From Clostridia bacterium (lineage in GTDB: Bacteria > Bacillota > Clostridia > Oscillospirales > CAG-272), in contig JAGBIB010000140.1 in NCBI GenBank assembly GCA_017935195.1, forward strand, positions 1 to 38,331: a DNA stretch of 38,331 nt. The letters run 5' to 3'. How positions within the stretch are numbered: the first letter of the stretch is position 1; each line of letters opens with the position of its first letter. Shown here piece after piece: positions 15,729-24,208 of the stretch. The notes under the pieces are model-generated. The model saw only the letters and a list, made by a program, of their open reading frames with translations, was not told where the DNA came from and made no database searches. Both the position numbers and the translations under genes were made by a program.

Positions 15729-15820
15729 TGGCGGAGAGATGGGGATTCGAACCCCAGAACGGCTCACCACCGTTACGCGATTTCCAGTCGCGCGCCTTCG
15801 ACCAACTCAGCCATCTCTCC
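15729..15820 (-). tRNA. tRNA-Ser, anticodon GGA, CCA encoded
   Basis: I folded the reverse complement by hand. The acceptor is GGAGAGA/TCTCTCC with discriminator G and CCA. The anticodon loop is CUGGAAA, the variable arm is long (ACGG/CCGT), and the T arm is TGGGG-TTCGAAT-CCCCA. It is 92 nt. Confidence 0.95.
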
Positions 15821-15838
15821 GTACCGAGGTCGATGGAG

Positions 15839-15867
15839 AGTATACCACAAAAAAGCAGTTTTGTCAA
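15839..15867 (-). promoter_or_regulatory. Sigma-A promoter of tRNA-Ser
   Basis: On the reverse strand, TTGACA (15867-15862), a 17-nt spacer and TATACT (15844-15839) preceded by TGG. An A/T-rich UP-like tract lies upstream. The tRNA 5' end is about 19 nt downstream. Confidence 0.65.
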
Positions 15868-15942
15868 TACCTATTTTTTATTTTTTTAAATAAATTCAGC
15901 AGATAAAAAAGAAAGTCCCGCCGTTGATTTTGAGCAGTTACG

Positions 15943-15971
15943 TTGACAGCAAAAGACGTTCATGATATAAT
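15943..15971 (+). promoter_or_regulatory. Consensus sigma-A promoter of the low-GC orphan gene
   Basis: TTGACA (15943-15948), a 17-nt spacer and TATAAT (15966-15971) preceded by TGA (extended -10). Confidence 0.65.
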
Positions 15972-15994
15972 GCTGCAAAAGGCGGTGAACCTAC

Positions 15995-16480
15995 TTGTTT
16001 TACATATTGAATCTTATTCTCGTTCTTTACAACATCATTCTTTACATGTTTTTCCGTGAAGGTATTTACGATTTTCTGCGTCTTTCAAAAATGAGCAAAA
16101 CATATATCAAAAAAAGCCGAAGAGGATTTCGGAATTATTGGCTATATAGCGCTATACACAAACAACACTCGCTGGGCATCCTGTATTATCTGAACATTAT
16201 TTATTTAAGCTACACCCTTTTCTTTTCTGTAAGTACGCTTGCTTTGGGCTATATCAAACTCCTTCAACCTGTTTTGTTCATCGGTTCAATCGTGCTTTTG
16301 TTTATACAGATCCCCTGCACCGTAAGCTCCTGCGCCCATATCTACCGTATAGAATTTGGAAAGCCCTTTATTTTTCTAACAAGAGACAGCCAAACAAAAA
16401 AGCTACGCAGTTCGCTGCTCGACGCTCTTTCATGGATTTTGACCGCATTGCTGATCTATTTAGCTTATACACAGTTGTAA
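15995..16480 (+). CDS. Hypothetical polytopic membrane protein, markedly AT-rich orphan gene
   Basis: The ORF is 161 aa with a TTG start preceded by AAGGCGGTGA at 6-7 nt. It has about 4 hydrophobic segments and no motif I recognise. The GC content is visibly much lower than in the flanking genes (judged by eye). Confidence 0.5.
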   Translation: MFYILNLILVLYNIILYMFFREGIYDFLRLSKMSKTYIKKSRRGFRNYWLYSAIHKQHSLGILYYLNIIYLSYTLFFSVSTLALGYIKLLQPVLFIGSIVLLFIQIPCTVSSCAHIYRIEFGKPFIFLTRDSQTKKLRSSLLDALSWILTALLIYLAYTQL

Positions 16481-16531
16481 ACAGGATGTTTTCAATAACC
16501 AAAGAAGAAGTTTCAAAGGTGCTGATAAAAA

Positions 16532-16942
16532 ATGAATGCACATTTAAAAACAAGAATATGGTATTCCTGCGGGATTGTCCTTTTGATCGCCTTTGGGTTG
16601 CTGTCACGCAAGATCTCCGTTATTCCGCCCTGCGTGGGAGATGCACTATGGGCAATGGTAATGTATTGCTGTTGGCGCATCCTTCTTATCAGAAAAGCGG
16701 CGGTGCTTTCTGCAATCATTGCCCTTACCGCCTCCTTCCTCATCGAGCTTTCCCAGCTTCTTCGGTGGCAATGGCTGGTTGACCTGCGCGCCACCACCCT
16801 TGGACATCTTCTCCTTGGGCAGGGCTTTTTGTGGTCCGACCTTTTGGCGTACACCGTGGGCATCGGCATCCTGTTCCTTCTCACCGAAGGGATCGGATGG
16901 CTGTTTAAAAAACGGCAAAAAGCCGTCGTCACAAAAAAATAA
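16532..16942 (+). CDS. Small membrane protein, DUF2809/VanZ-like pattern
   Basis: The ORF is 136 aa with 4 hydrophobic segments. GDALWAMVMY and LGQGFLWSDLLAYTVG resemble the DUF2809 signature as I remember it. Confidence 0.6.
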   Translation: MNAHLKTRIWYSCGIVLLIAFGLLSRKISVIPPCVGDALWAMVMYCCWRILLIRKAAVLSAIIALTASFLIELSQLLRWQWLVDLRATTLGHLLLGQGFLWSDLLAYTVGIGILFLLTEGIGWLFKKRQKAVVTKK

Positions 16943-16957
16943 GCACTCAAAAACGTA

Positions 16958-16992
16958 CCCGAGGCATCAAAGCGATGCTTCGGGCATTTTTT
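16958..16992. terminator. Terminator hairpin between convergent genes
   Basis: CCCGAGGCATC, an AAAGC loop and GATGCTTCGGG form an 11-bp stem with one G-U pair. CATTTTTT follows on the plus strand and a T5 run follows on the minus strand. Confidence 0.7.
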
Positions 16993-17974
16993 AAGATTTC
17001 CTTTTCTTTTTTAATTCCGCCAGCGGATTTTGATCCATTGCGTCTCTTACCTGGTCGTTATTCACGTGGGTGTAGATCTGAGTGGTGTTGAGCTGCTCGT
17101 GCCCCAGGATCTCCTTCAAGACTCTCACGTCCACCCCGCCCTCCTGATACATCAGGGTGGCGGCAGTGTGCCTTAATTTGTGGGTGGACAGGTGCTTGTA
17201 GCCCAGTCCCGCACGGTCCAGGTACTTGTATACCACGTGTTGTACCGTTCTTCTGCTCACCCTTTTGCCAAGACGGGAGATGAACAGGGCGTTTTTCTCT
17301 TTGATCTCCTGCCCGTTGCCCCGCACCTTCAGGTATTCCTCGATGGATGCTCTGCAGGCGTCGTTCAAGTAGACAACCCGCTCTTTACTCCCCTTTCCGA
17401 TGACCCTGAGTTTGGTGTGATCTCGGTCGATATCCGAAAGATTGATGCCCACCAGCTCTGCAAGACGCATCCCGCAATTGAGAAAGAGGGTGACCATACA
17501 GTAATCTCGCTCCTTGAAGAGCGACTCCTCGTCGTCCTCCACCGCCTCCAAAAGCTCCACGCTCTCCTCAAGGGAAAGGTGCTTTGGCAGCCGCTTATCG
17601 ATCTTCGGGGAGCTGATGGCGGCGGCAGGGTTGATCTCCAGATCGCCCCGCACGTTCACCAGATATTTGAAAAAGGATTTGATGGCAGAAAGCTTTCTTG
17701 CTCTGGCAGATGCCCGATTGTTCCGCTCCTCGCTGACGTACCTCAAAAAGCGGAAAATGTCCTCGCTTTTGATCCGTTCAATCTCCGAAAGCGAGAAATC
17801 GGCGATCGCCTCTGCGGCAAGCTCCTCCTCTGTGGGTACCCTCGTTTTGGCGCTTGCCCGCAGATACTGAAAAAACATCGTCAGATCGGTCTTATACTGC
17901 TCGATGGTCAGGGGGGAGCGGTTCAAATGGCTTAAATAGTTGCAAAAGTGGTTGAGATGGACAGGAAGATCCAT
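16991..17974 (-). CDS. Tyrosine site-specific recombinase, XerC/XerD-like
   Basis: This is the track ORF 16991..18013. I prefer the start at 17974 (MDLPVHL) because AAAGGAGA lies 5 nt upstream. It has an N-terminal SAM-like domain. Catalytic residues are R in GMRLAEL, K in GKGSKER, HKLRHTAAT, LGHEQL and IYTHV. Confidence 0.9.
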   Translation of the reverse strand: MDLPVHLNHFCNYLSHLNRSPLTIEQYKTDLTMFFQYLRASAKTRVPTEEELAAEAIADFSLSEIERIKSEDIFRFLRYVSEERNNRASARARKLSAIKSFFKYLVNVRGDLEINPAAAISSPKIDKRLPKHLSLEESVELLEAVEDDEESLFKERDYCMVTLFLNCGMRLAELVGINLSDIDRDHTKLRVIGKGSKERVVYLNDACRASIEEYLKVRGNGQEIKEKNALFISRLGKRVSRRTVQHVVYKYLDRAGLGYKHLSTHKLRHTAATLMYQEGGVDVRVLKEILGHEQLNTTQIYTHVNNDQVRDAMDQNPLAELKKKRKS

Positions 17975-18088
17975 TGTTTCTCCTTTCTTGAGATCAAGCG
18001 CAAAAAAGCGCATTGAAAAAGTGTATTTTTAGAAAAGAATTCATAAAATACTCTAAGTTTTAACACAATTATACCTTATAATGTTAAG

Positions 18089-18700
18089 ATGAATGAGAAT
18101 GATAAAAGGTACGGTTCCTATATGAAAATTTTGAAAGACAACTTTTACACGGTGGTCAAGCTTTGGGTCAATCAGTTTGCCATGATCTTCCTCGGCGTGC
18201 TGATTCTCCTGCCCTCTGCAGGAGCAGACACGCCCAAATGGCTAATGCCCGTTGCAAGCGCCTTTACAGCTGTTTTTTATCTGGTACTTCTTTTCTGGAG
18301 CAGCTGTGAGCTGGGACTTCAGCACAGCGTTTCCATTGAGATCGGCAAAATGAAAAGAGATCCTCTGGTGGGCCTCATCCTGTCGTTGACTGCCAATCTG
18401 CCCGTGCTGGTCTGCACGGTGATCGCCTGCATCTCTAAAGCGTTTATCGCCGGCGTTCCCTATTTCCAGAGCCCCGAGGGTGCCGAGGGTCTTGCCGCCA
18501 ACGTTTACGCCATCTCCACCACCATCAACGAGCTTCTTCATATGATGTACAAGGGGCTGCTGATCTTCTTTGATCTCAACCGCTTCCCCTTCATCCATCT
18601 GCCCATTGCCCTGCTTTCCATCGGTGTGTGCACCCTTGCATATCTTGCAGGCACAAAGGGCTTTTGCGCCTCCCTTTTTGCTAAGAGAAGAGAGGATTGA
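18089..18700 (+). CDS. Hypothetical polytopic membrane protein
   Basis: The ORF is 203 aa with about 5 hydrophobic segments and no recognisable motif. The start is uncertain: ATG 18089 or ATG 18122. Confidence 0.55.
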   Translation: MNENDKRYGSYMKILKDNFYTVVKLWVNQFAMIFLGVLILLPSAGADTPKWLMPVASAFTAVFYLVLLFWSSCELGLQHSVSIEIGKMKRDPLVGLILSLTANLPVLVCTVIACISKAFIAGVPYFQSPEGAEGLAANVYAISTTINELLHMMYKGLLIFFDLNRFPFIHLPIALLSIGVCTLAYLAGTKGFCASLFAKRRED

Positions 18701-18763
18701 GCATGATTTTTCTCCCTGCGGCATATGCTTTTGATACCGCGGCGGAGGAGCTGACGATCTATC

Positions 18764-18806
18764 GTCCTTTCGCCGTGCATTGCTATGCGAAAGGACTTCC
18801 TTTTTT
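18764..18806 (+). terminator. Rho-independent terminator
   Basis: GTCCTTTCGC (18764-73) pairs with GCGAAAGGAC (18787-96) around a 13-nt loop, followed by TTCCTTTTTT. Confidence 0.65.
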
Positions 18807-18823
18807 AAGGATCGGTATGCTTT

Positions 18824-19564
18824 ATGAACAAAAAAGAGGTGCTCATCCGCCTTGCCTCCCTGTTTACCGTCAGCACATTGCTGGTCTTCACTGCCGTTTT
18901 CGCTCTTGGAGCCGGGACGTCTCGAAAGGACAATTCTATTTTAACAGACGGTGGCTCATCTGTCAAGGAAAAAGAGGAGAAATTCGTTTTGATCCTTGAT
19001 GCGGGACACGGCGGAGAGGACGGTGGAGCAACCGGTCTTTCGGGTGCACTTGAAAAGGAGCTGAATCTGCAGGTCACCTTGAAGACCGCAGAGCTTCTTG
19101 AGGCCATGGGCTACGAGGTGCTTTTGACACGAGAGGACGATCGGATGCTGGGCGAAGGCGAAAAGGGACACAAAAAGCTTGCCGACTTAAAATACCGCCT
19201 TGAATTTGCCAACAGCCACGAAAATGCCCTGCTCATCAGCATCCATATGAACAAATTCCCCATGGAATATTGCAAGGGCATCCAGCTTTATTATGCCCCT
19301 GCAAATACCCAAAGCCTCCCCCTTGCAAAAATTCTCCATGCGCTGGTAAAAGATTTTCAACCCGAAAATCAAAGGGAACTGAAGGAAGCGGGTTCTGCCA
19401 TTTATCTACTGGACCGCACCACCGTCCCCGCCCTGCTGATGGAATGCGGCTTTCTTTCCAATGCCGAGGAGGAAGCCCTTTTGAAAAGCGAGGACTACCA
19501 AAAACAGCTTACCTGCCTGATTGCCTGCACCGTCTGCAAATATGAGGAAGGGCTTTCGGCATAA
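18824..19564 (+). CDS. cwlD: N-acetylmuramoyl-L-alanine amidase (Amidase_3), CwlD-like germination-specific type
   Basis: The ORF is 246 aa with an N-terminal TM. Motifs are LILDAGHGGEDGGATG, SIHMN and ECGFLSN. Its size and single anchor fit CwlD. Confidence 0.75.
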   Translation: MNKKEVLIRLASLFTVSTLLVFTAVFALGAGTSRKDNSILTDGGSSVKEKEEKFVLILDAGHGGEDGGATGLSGALEKELNLQVTLKTAELLEAMGYEVLLTREDDRMLGEGEKGHKKLADLKYRLEFANSHENALLISIHMNKFPMEYCKGIQLYYAPANTQSLPLAKILHALVKDFQPENQRELKEAGSAIYLLDRTTVPALLMECGFLSNAEEEALLKSEDYQKQLTCLIACTVCKYEEGLSA

Positions 19565-19598
19565 ACACGAAAAAGACGTAAAGAAAAGGAACAACGCT

Positions 19599-20987
19599 AT
19601 GGCAACCAAGCAAAAGACCGTCTTTCTCTGCTCCGAGTGCGGATATTCCAGCACCAAATGGAGTGGAAAATGCCCCTCCTGCGGGGAATGGAACACCATG
19701 GAGGAGACCTCCTTTGTCGAGGAGGAAGCTTCACCAAAGAATAAAAACCGCGCCATCGGGGGCAAGGACAACAAGGCTCTGCCCTTTGACGATCTGGAGC
19801 TTCCCGCCTACTTAAGAGCAGAAACGGGCACGGGCGAGCTGGACAGAGTTTTGGGCGGCGGCATCGTGCAGGGCTCCGTGGTGCTGATGGCGGGCGAGCC
19901 CGGCATCGGCAAGTCCACCATGCTCCTTCAGATCTGTAACACCCTTGGCAAAAACGCAAAGGTGCTGTACGCCTCGGGAGAGGAATCCACATGGCAGTTA
20001 AAATACCGTGCCAAGCGCCTTGCCGTTTCTTCCCCCAATCTCTTCGTTTTGACCGAAACCAACATCGACAAGATCTTGTCGGAATGCACCCGTATCGCTC
20101 CCGACTATCTGATCGTAGACTCCATCCAGACCGTCTTTGACGACCGTCTGAGTTCTGCTCCCGGCAGCGTTTCCCAAGTCAGAGAAACCGCCCTGCAGCT
20201 GATCAACTGCGCCAAGAGCAGGGGCATTTCGGTGATCTTAGTGGGTCACGTGAACAAGGAGGGGGGCATTGCAGGTCCCAAGGTTCTGGAGCATATGGTG
20301 GATGCGGTGCTTTATTTTGAGGGCGACAGACAAAATGCCTTCCGCATCATCCGTGCCGTGAAGAACCGCTACGGCTCCACCGGCGAGATCGGCGTTTTTG
20401 AAATGACAGACAAGGGCCTTTTAGAGGTACCAAACCCCTCCGAAATGCTCCTTTCGGGCAGACCCAAGGGGGTATCGGGCAACTGCGCTGTCTGCGTGAT
20501 GGAGGGTTCCCGTCCCATCATTGCCGAAATTCAGGCGCTGTCGGTGCCCACCGTCTTTCCCTCCCCCCGCCGCACCTCAAACGGCATCGACTACAACCGC
20601 GCCTGCCTGATCCTTGCGGTGCTGGAGCGGCGTCTGGGACTGCGCTTCTCCGCAAACGACGTTTATTTAAATGTCATCGGCGGACTGCGCCTTGACGAGC
20701 CGGGCAGTGACCTTGCCCTCGCCCTTGCCCTCATCTCCTGCCTCAAGGATAAATCCATCGGGGGGAAGGTGCTGGCACTGGGAGAGCTGGGTCTTTCGGG
20801 CGAGTGCCGTCCCGTTTCCTTTATCGACCAACGGGTGAAGGAGGCGGCACGCCTTGGCTTTTCCACCATCCTTTTGCCCAAGGGCAATTTTGACAAGGGC
20901 AATTTGCCGAGAATCGAGGGCGTAAGCATCGTGCCCGTGCGCTCCATTTTCGACGCTCTGCAGATTTTCAATTCAAAAGAGGATTAA
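19599..20987 (+). CDS. radA: DNA repair protein RadA/Sms
   Basis: This is the track ORF 19521..20987. I prefer the start at 19599 (MATKQKTVFLCSECGY). It has the zinc finger CSECG...CPSCGEW, Walker A GEPGIGKST, KNRYG and a Lon-like C-terminal domain. Confidence 0.95.
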   Translation: MATKQKTVFLCSECGYSSTKWSGKCPSCGEWNTMEETSFVEEEASPKNKNRAIGGKDNKALPFDDLELPAYLRAETGTGELDRVLGGGIVQGSVVLMAGEPGIGKSTMLLQICNTLGKNAKVLYASGEESTWQLKYRAKRLAVSSPNLFVLTETNIDKILSECTRIAPDYLIVDSIQTVFDDRLSSAPGSVSQVRETALQLINCAKSRGISVILVGHVNKEGGIAGPKVLEHMVDAVLYFEGDRQNAFRIIRAVKNRYGSTGEIGVFEMTDKGLLEVPNPSEMLLSGRPKGVSGNCAVCVMEGSRPIIAEIQALSVPTVFPSPRRTSNGIDYNRACLILAVLERRLGLRFSANDVYLNVIGGLRLDEPGSDLALALALISCLKDKSIGGKVLALGELGLSGECRPVSFIDQRVKEAARLGFSTILLPKGNFDKGNLPRIEGVSIVPVRSIFDALQIFNSKED

Positions 20988-20996
20988 ATCGCCATT

Positions 20997-22172
20997 ATGA
21001 CCTCCCTTTTACTGAAATTATTCGTTAAAAACCATCAAAACACCTCCGATTCCAAGGTGCGCGCCTCGGTGGGCAAGCTTGCGGGAACAGTGAGTATGAT
21101 CGCAAACGTCCTGCTTGCCGCTATGAAGATCTTAGCGGGCACCCTGCTCATGGGCGGCTCGGTTTCTGTGATCGCAGACGGTGTAAACAACCTTTCCGAC
21201 TCGGCTTCGGGCTTTTTGTCCCTCCTTGGCTTCAAGCTTGCCGAGAAGCCTGCCGACGAAAGCCATCCCTACGGGCACGGCAGATACGAATACCTTTCGG
21301 GACTGATGGTGGCTTTGCTCATTATGGTCATCGGCTCGGAGCTGCTTATAAACAGTGTCAAGCGCATTTTCGACCCCACCCCTTTATCTATCGGCCCTCT
21401 TTCCATCGCCATCCTCCTTTTTTCCATCCTCGGAAAGCTGTGGCTGATGTATTTTAACAAAAAGCTTGGCAAAAAGATCTCCTCAAGCACTCTTTACGCC
21501 ACCGCCGCAGACAACCGCAACGACGTGCTTTCCACCTCTGCAGTGCTTATTGCGGGCATTATCAGCCACTATACCCCCTTGGAGCTTGACGGCTACGTGG
21601 GCGTTGCCGTGGCCCTCTTCATTCTGTATAGCGGCTTTGGCATCGTTAAGGACACCATCGACCCCCTTCTTGGCAGAGCCCCCTCCCCCGAACGGGTGAA
21701 GGAGATCAAGGAGCATCTTTCCTCCTACGAAGGAGTGCTGGGCATCCACGATCTGATGGTCCACGATTACGGCCCCGGCAGACAGTTTGCCTCGGTACAC
21801 GTGGAACTTTCCTCCGATACCGACGTTTTAAAGGGACACGACCTCATAGACCGCATTGAACGGGATCTTTACGCCAGGCTGGGACTACATCTGGTGGTGC
21901 ATTACGATCCCGTCTGCGTGGGTGACGAGCGGCTGACCGACTTTTCGCTCTGGCTGAAGGAAGAGATCAAACGGGTGCATCCCGATATGGACGTACACGA
22001 TCTGAGAATGGTTCCCTGCGAGGGACACGTGAATGTGATCTTCGACTGCGTCCTGCCCTACGGGTGCAGGATGAACGAAAAGCAGGTAAAAGAGGCTCTT
22101 TCTTCCCGAATCAGAAAGAAATACCCTAACTACCTGCCCGTGATCAACGTGGAGCACAGCTTCGTTGGCTGA
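20997..22172 (+). CDS. Cation diffusion facilitator (CDF) family metal efflux transporter
   Basis: The ORF is 391 aa with 6 TMs. It has ADGVNNLSDS and the HPYGHGRYE motif, plus a cytoplasmic C-terminal domain. Confidence 0.85.
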   Translation: MTSLLLKLFVKNHQNTSDSKVRASVGKLAGTVSMIANVLLAAMKILAGTLLMGGSVSVIADGVNNLSDSASGFLSLLGFKLAEKPADESHPYGHGRYEYLSGLMVALLIMVIGSELLINSVKRIFDPTPLSIGPLSIAILLFSILGKLWLMYFNKKLGKKISSSTLYATAADNRNDVLSTSAVLIAGIISHYTPLELDGYVGVAVALFILYSGFGIVKDTIDPLLGRAPSPERVKEIKEHLSSYEGVLGIHDLMVHDYGPGRQFASVHVELSSDTDVLKGHDLIDRIERDLYARLGLHLVVHYDPVCVGDERLTDFSLWLKEEIKRVHPDMDVHDLRMVPCEGHVNVIFDCVLPYGCRMNEKQVKEALSSRIRKKYPNYLPVINVEHSFVG

Positions 22173-22196
22173 CAGCTCCGAAAGGACGATGAAACA

Positions 22197-22901
22197 ATGG
22201 ATCGCTTTTTAAGAAACAGAATGCTTTTTGGAAATGAAGGGCAGGAGCTGCTCTTTTCAAAGAAGGTCACCGTCTTTGGTGTGGGAGGCGTTGGCGGATA
22301 CGTTTGCGAGATGCTTGCCCGAAGTGGTGTGGGGACGATCGAGATCGTGGATCACGATACGGTGAGCGAGAGCAACATCAACCGTCAGATCATTGCCTTA
22401 TCCTCCACCGTGGGAAAAGACAAGGTGGCGGTGATGGAAAAGCGCCTCAAGGAGATCAATCCCCACTGCAAGGTGATTGCCCGCAAGGAATTTTTCCTGC
22501 CCGAAAACGCCCATCTTTTTGACTTTACCGACCGTGATTTCGTGGTGGATGCCATCGATACGGTCTGCGGAAAGCTTGCCATCATTGAAGGGTGCGTCAA
22601 GGCAGGAACCCCCGTCATCTCCTCCATGGGCACGGGCAACAAGCTCCACCCCGAGATGCTGGAGATCACCGACCTTGCAAAGACCTCGGTCTGCCCCCTT
22701 GCAAGAGTGATGCGAAGAGAGCTGAAAAACAGAGGGATCACCCATCTGCCCGTCCTCTTTTCAAAGGAAGAGCCCTTAAAGCCGGCCTTTTTTGACGACG
22801 ACACCCCAAAAGGCAAAGCCGCACCCGCAAGCTCGCCCTTTGTGCCCTCCTCTGCGGGAATATTGATCGCATCCTACGTGGTGCGTGAATTGTTAAAATA
22901 A
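22197..22901 (+). CDS. tcdA: ThiF/E1-like tRNA threonylcarbamoyladenosine dehydratase
   Basis: The ORF is 234 aa with FGVGGVGGYVCEMLARSGVGTIEIVDHDTVSESNINRQ and INPHCKV. Its size and motifs fit TcdA/CsdL rather than MoeB or ThiF. Confidence 0.75.
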   Translation: MDRFLRNRMLFGNEGQELLFSKKVTVFGVGGVGGYVCEMLARSGVGTIEIVDHDTVSESNINRQIIALSSTVGKDKVAVMEKRLKEINPHCKVIARKEFFLPENAHLFDFTDRDFVVDAIDTVCGKLAIIEGCVKAGTPVISSMGTGNKLHPEMLEITDLAKTSVCPLARVMRRELKNRGITHLPVLFSKEEPLKPAFFDDDTPKGKAAPASSPFVPSSAGILIASYVVRELLK

Positions 22902-22927
22902 AATGGTTGCCTTGCGCAGCCATTTTT
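22902..22927 (+). terminator. Rho-independent terminator after tcdA
   Basis: AATGGTTGC, a CTTGC loop and GCAGCCATT form the stem, which runs into T5. Confidence 0.7.
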
Positions 22928-23064
22928 CATATCCGCAACTAAAGCAAAGCTTTAGTGCTTAACAAGCAATTGATAATTGTTTTTTAAAAAAAGATGGTGT
23001 ATAATACAGGTGTCAGCTGATAACGAACCAACCAACACCAACCAAACGAAAAAGGAGATTTACC

Positions 23065-24198
23065 ATGAATATAAACATTGGAACCACCATCAAAAATCTG
23101 CGCACAAAAAAGCAGATCACCCAAAAGCAGCTTGCCACCTATCTCGGCGTCACCGAGCAGGCGGTCTCCCGATGGGAATCGGGAGGAGGCTTCCCCGACA
23201 TCCAGCTCCTTCCCTCCATCGCTTCCTTCTTTTCGGTCTCCACCGATCTTCTCCTTGGCGTCGATCTGCCGGAAAGAGAACAGCGCCTTGCCGAAATTCG
23301 CCGTAAAATCGATGAAGCCGCCGAAATCGGATCCGATAGCACCGAAGAAACCGTTGCAGAGGCAAGAGCATGGGCAGCAGAATTCCCCGGAGAAGAGGAT
23401 ATTCAAAAGAATCTGGCAGACGAGATCTGCAAATATACCATGTGGGATGAAAAGCCTAAAATGGGACTCTTACGCGAGGCGGAAAAGATCTACTGCACCC
23501 TGATCGACACCACCACGGATAACGAATTCCGCAACCGCGTGATCGAAGTGCTTTGTGCCCTTTACTGCATCGGCTTCAAGGATCCCCTGCGCGCCGATGC
23601 CTGCGCCGATAATCTGTCTTCTATGAAGTATTGCCGTGAATCGGTAAAAACAAGCGTATTTTCCGCTTGGGTGCAGGATCATCCCGAGGACGAGCATTTG
23701 CTGGTGCATTATCAGGACTATATGGAAAGACTGGTTACGTCCCTGTACTCGACGGTGTACCCTTACGTTATCAACCACATTCCAAACACCCCTGACCATT
23801 TTGACGAAAAGATCCGCTATTTTGATTGGCTGATCGATCTATATAAAAACTTCTTTGGTGAAAATATGCTGGACTACGGCGCAGATGTGGCAAGCCTGCA
23901 CAGACTCATTGCAACCTATACCGTGGCACAGGGCAAGGTAGAAGAAACCCTTGGCCGCCTCGAAAAAATGGCCGAGTACGCTTTAAAAGCAGACTCGGCA
24001 AAGCCCGGTGATACCTGCACCTCCCCCCTTGCCGACAAAATAGTATATCTCGGCAACTGCGAAGAATACGATACCCTCGTCATTCACAACTGGGCATATT
24101 ATTGCCGCGAAAAAATGGGACAAAGCCGCTACGACATCCTCCGCGAGGAGCCCCGTTTCAAGGCGCTTTGCAAGAAGTTAGAAGAAAATATGAAATAA
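23065..24198 (+). CDS. XRE-family HTH regulator with a C-terminal all-helical (TPR-like) domain of about 300 aa
   Basis: The ORF is 377 aa. The N-terminal HTH is IKNLRTKKQITQKQLATYLGVTEQAVSRWESG, and AAGGAG lies 7 nt upstream. Confidence 0.8.
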   Translation: MNINIGTTIKNLRTKKQITQKQLATYLGVTEQAVSRWESGGGFPDIQLLPSIASFFSVSTDLLLGVDLPEREQRLAEIRRKIDEAAEIGSDSTEETVAEARAWAAEFPGEEDIQKNLADEICKYTMWDEKPKMGLLREAEKIYCTLIDTTTDNEFRNRVIEVLCALYCIGFKDPLRADACADNLSSMKYCRESVKTSVFSAWVQDHPEDEHLLVHYQDYMERLVTSLYSTVYPYVINHIPNTPDHFDEKIRYFDWLIDLYKNFFGENMLDYGADVASLHRLIATYTVAQGKVEETLGRLEKMAEYALKADSAKPGDTCTSPLADKIVYLGNCEEYDTLVIHNWAYYCREKMGQSRYDILREEPRFKALCKKLEENMK

Positions 24199-24208
24199 AC
24201 ACCTCTCA

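Noticed and set aside
15686-15735. The 23-bp perfect palindrome as a dif/Xer recombination site for the nearby recombinase
   Set aside because: It does not have the 11-6-11 dif architecture. Its centre is a canonical GC stem with A and T tracts, meaning an intrinsic terminator. A recombination role for the outer arms cannot be excluded and is covered in the main finding.
16513-16950. 145-aa minus-strand ORF overlapping the DUF2809-like gene
   Set aside because: The plus-strand frame gives a coherent 4-TM protein with a family-like signature. The minus-strand product is arginine-rich with no start context.
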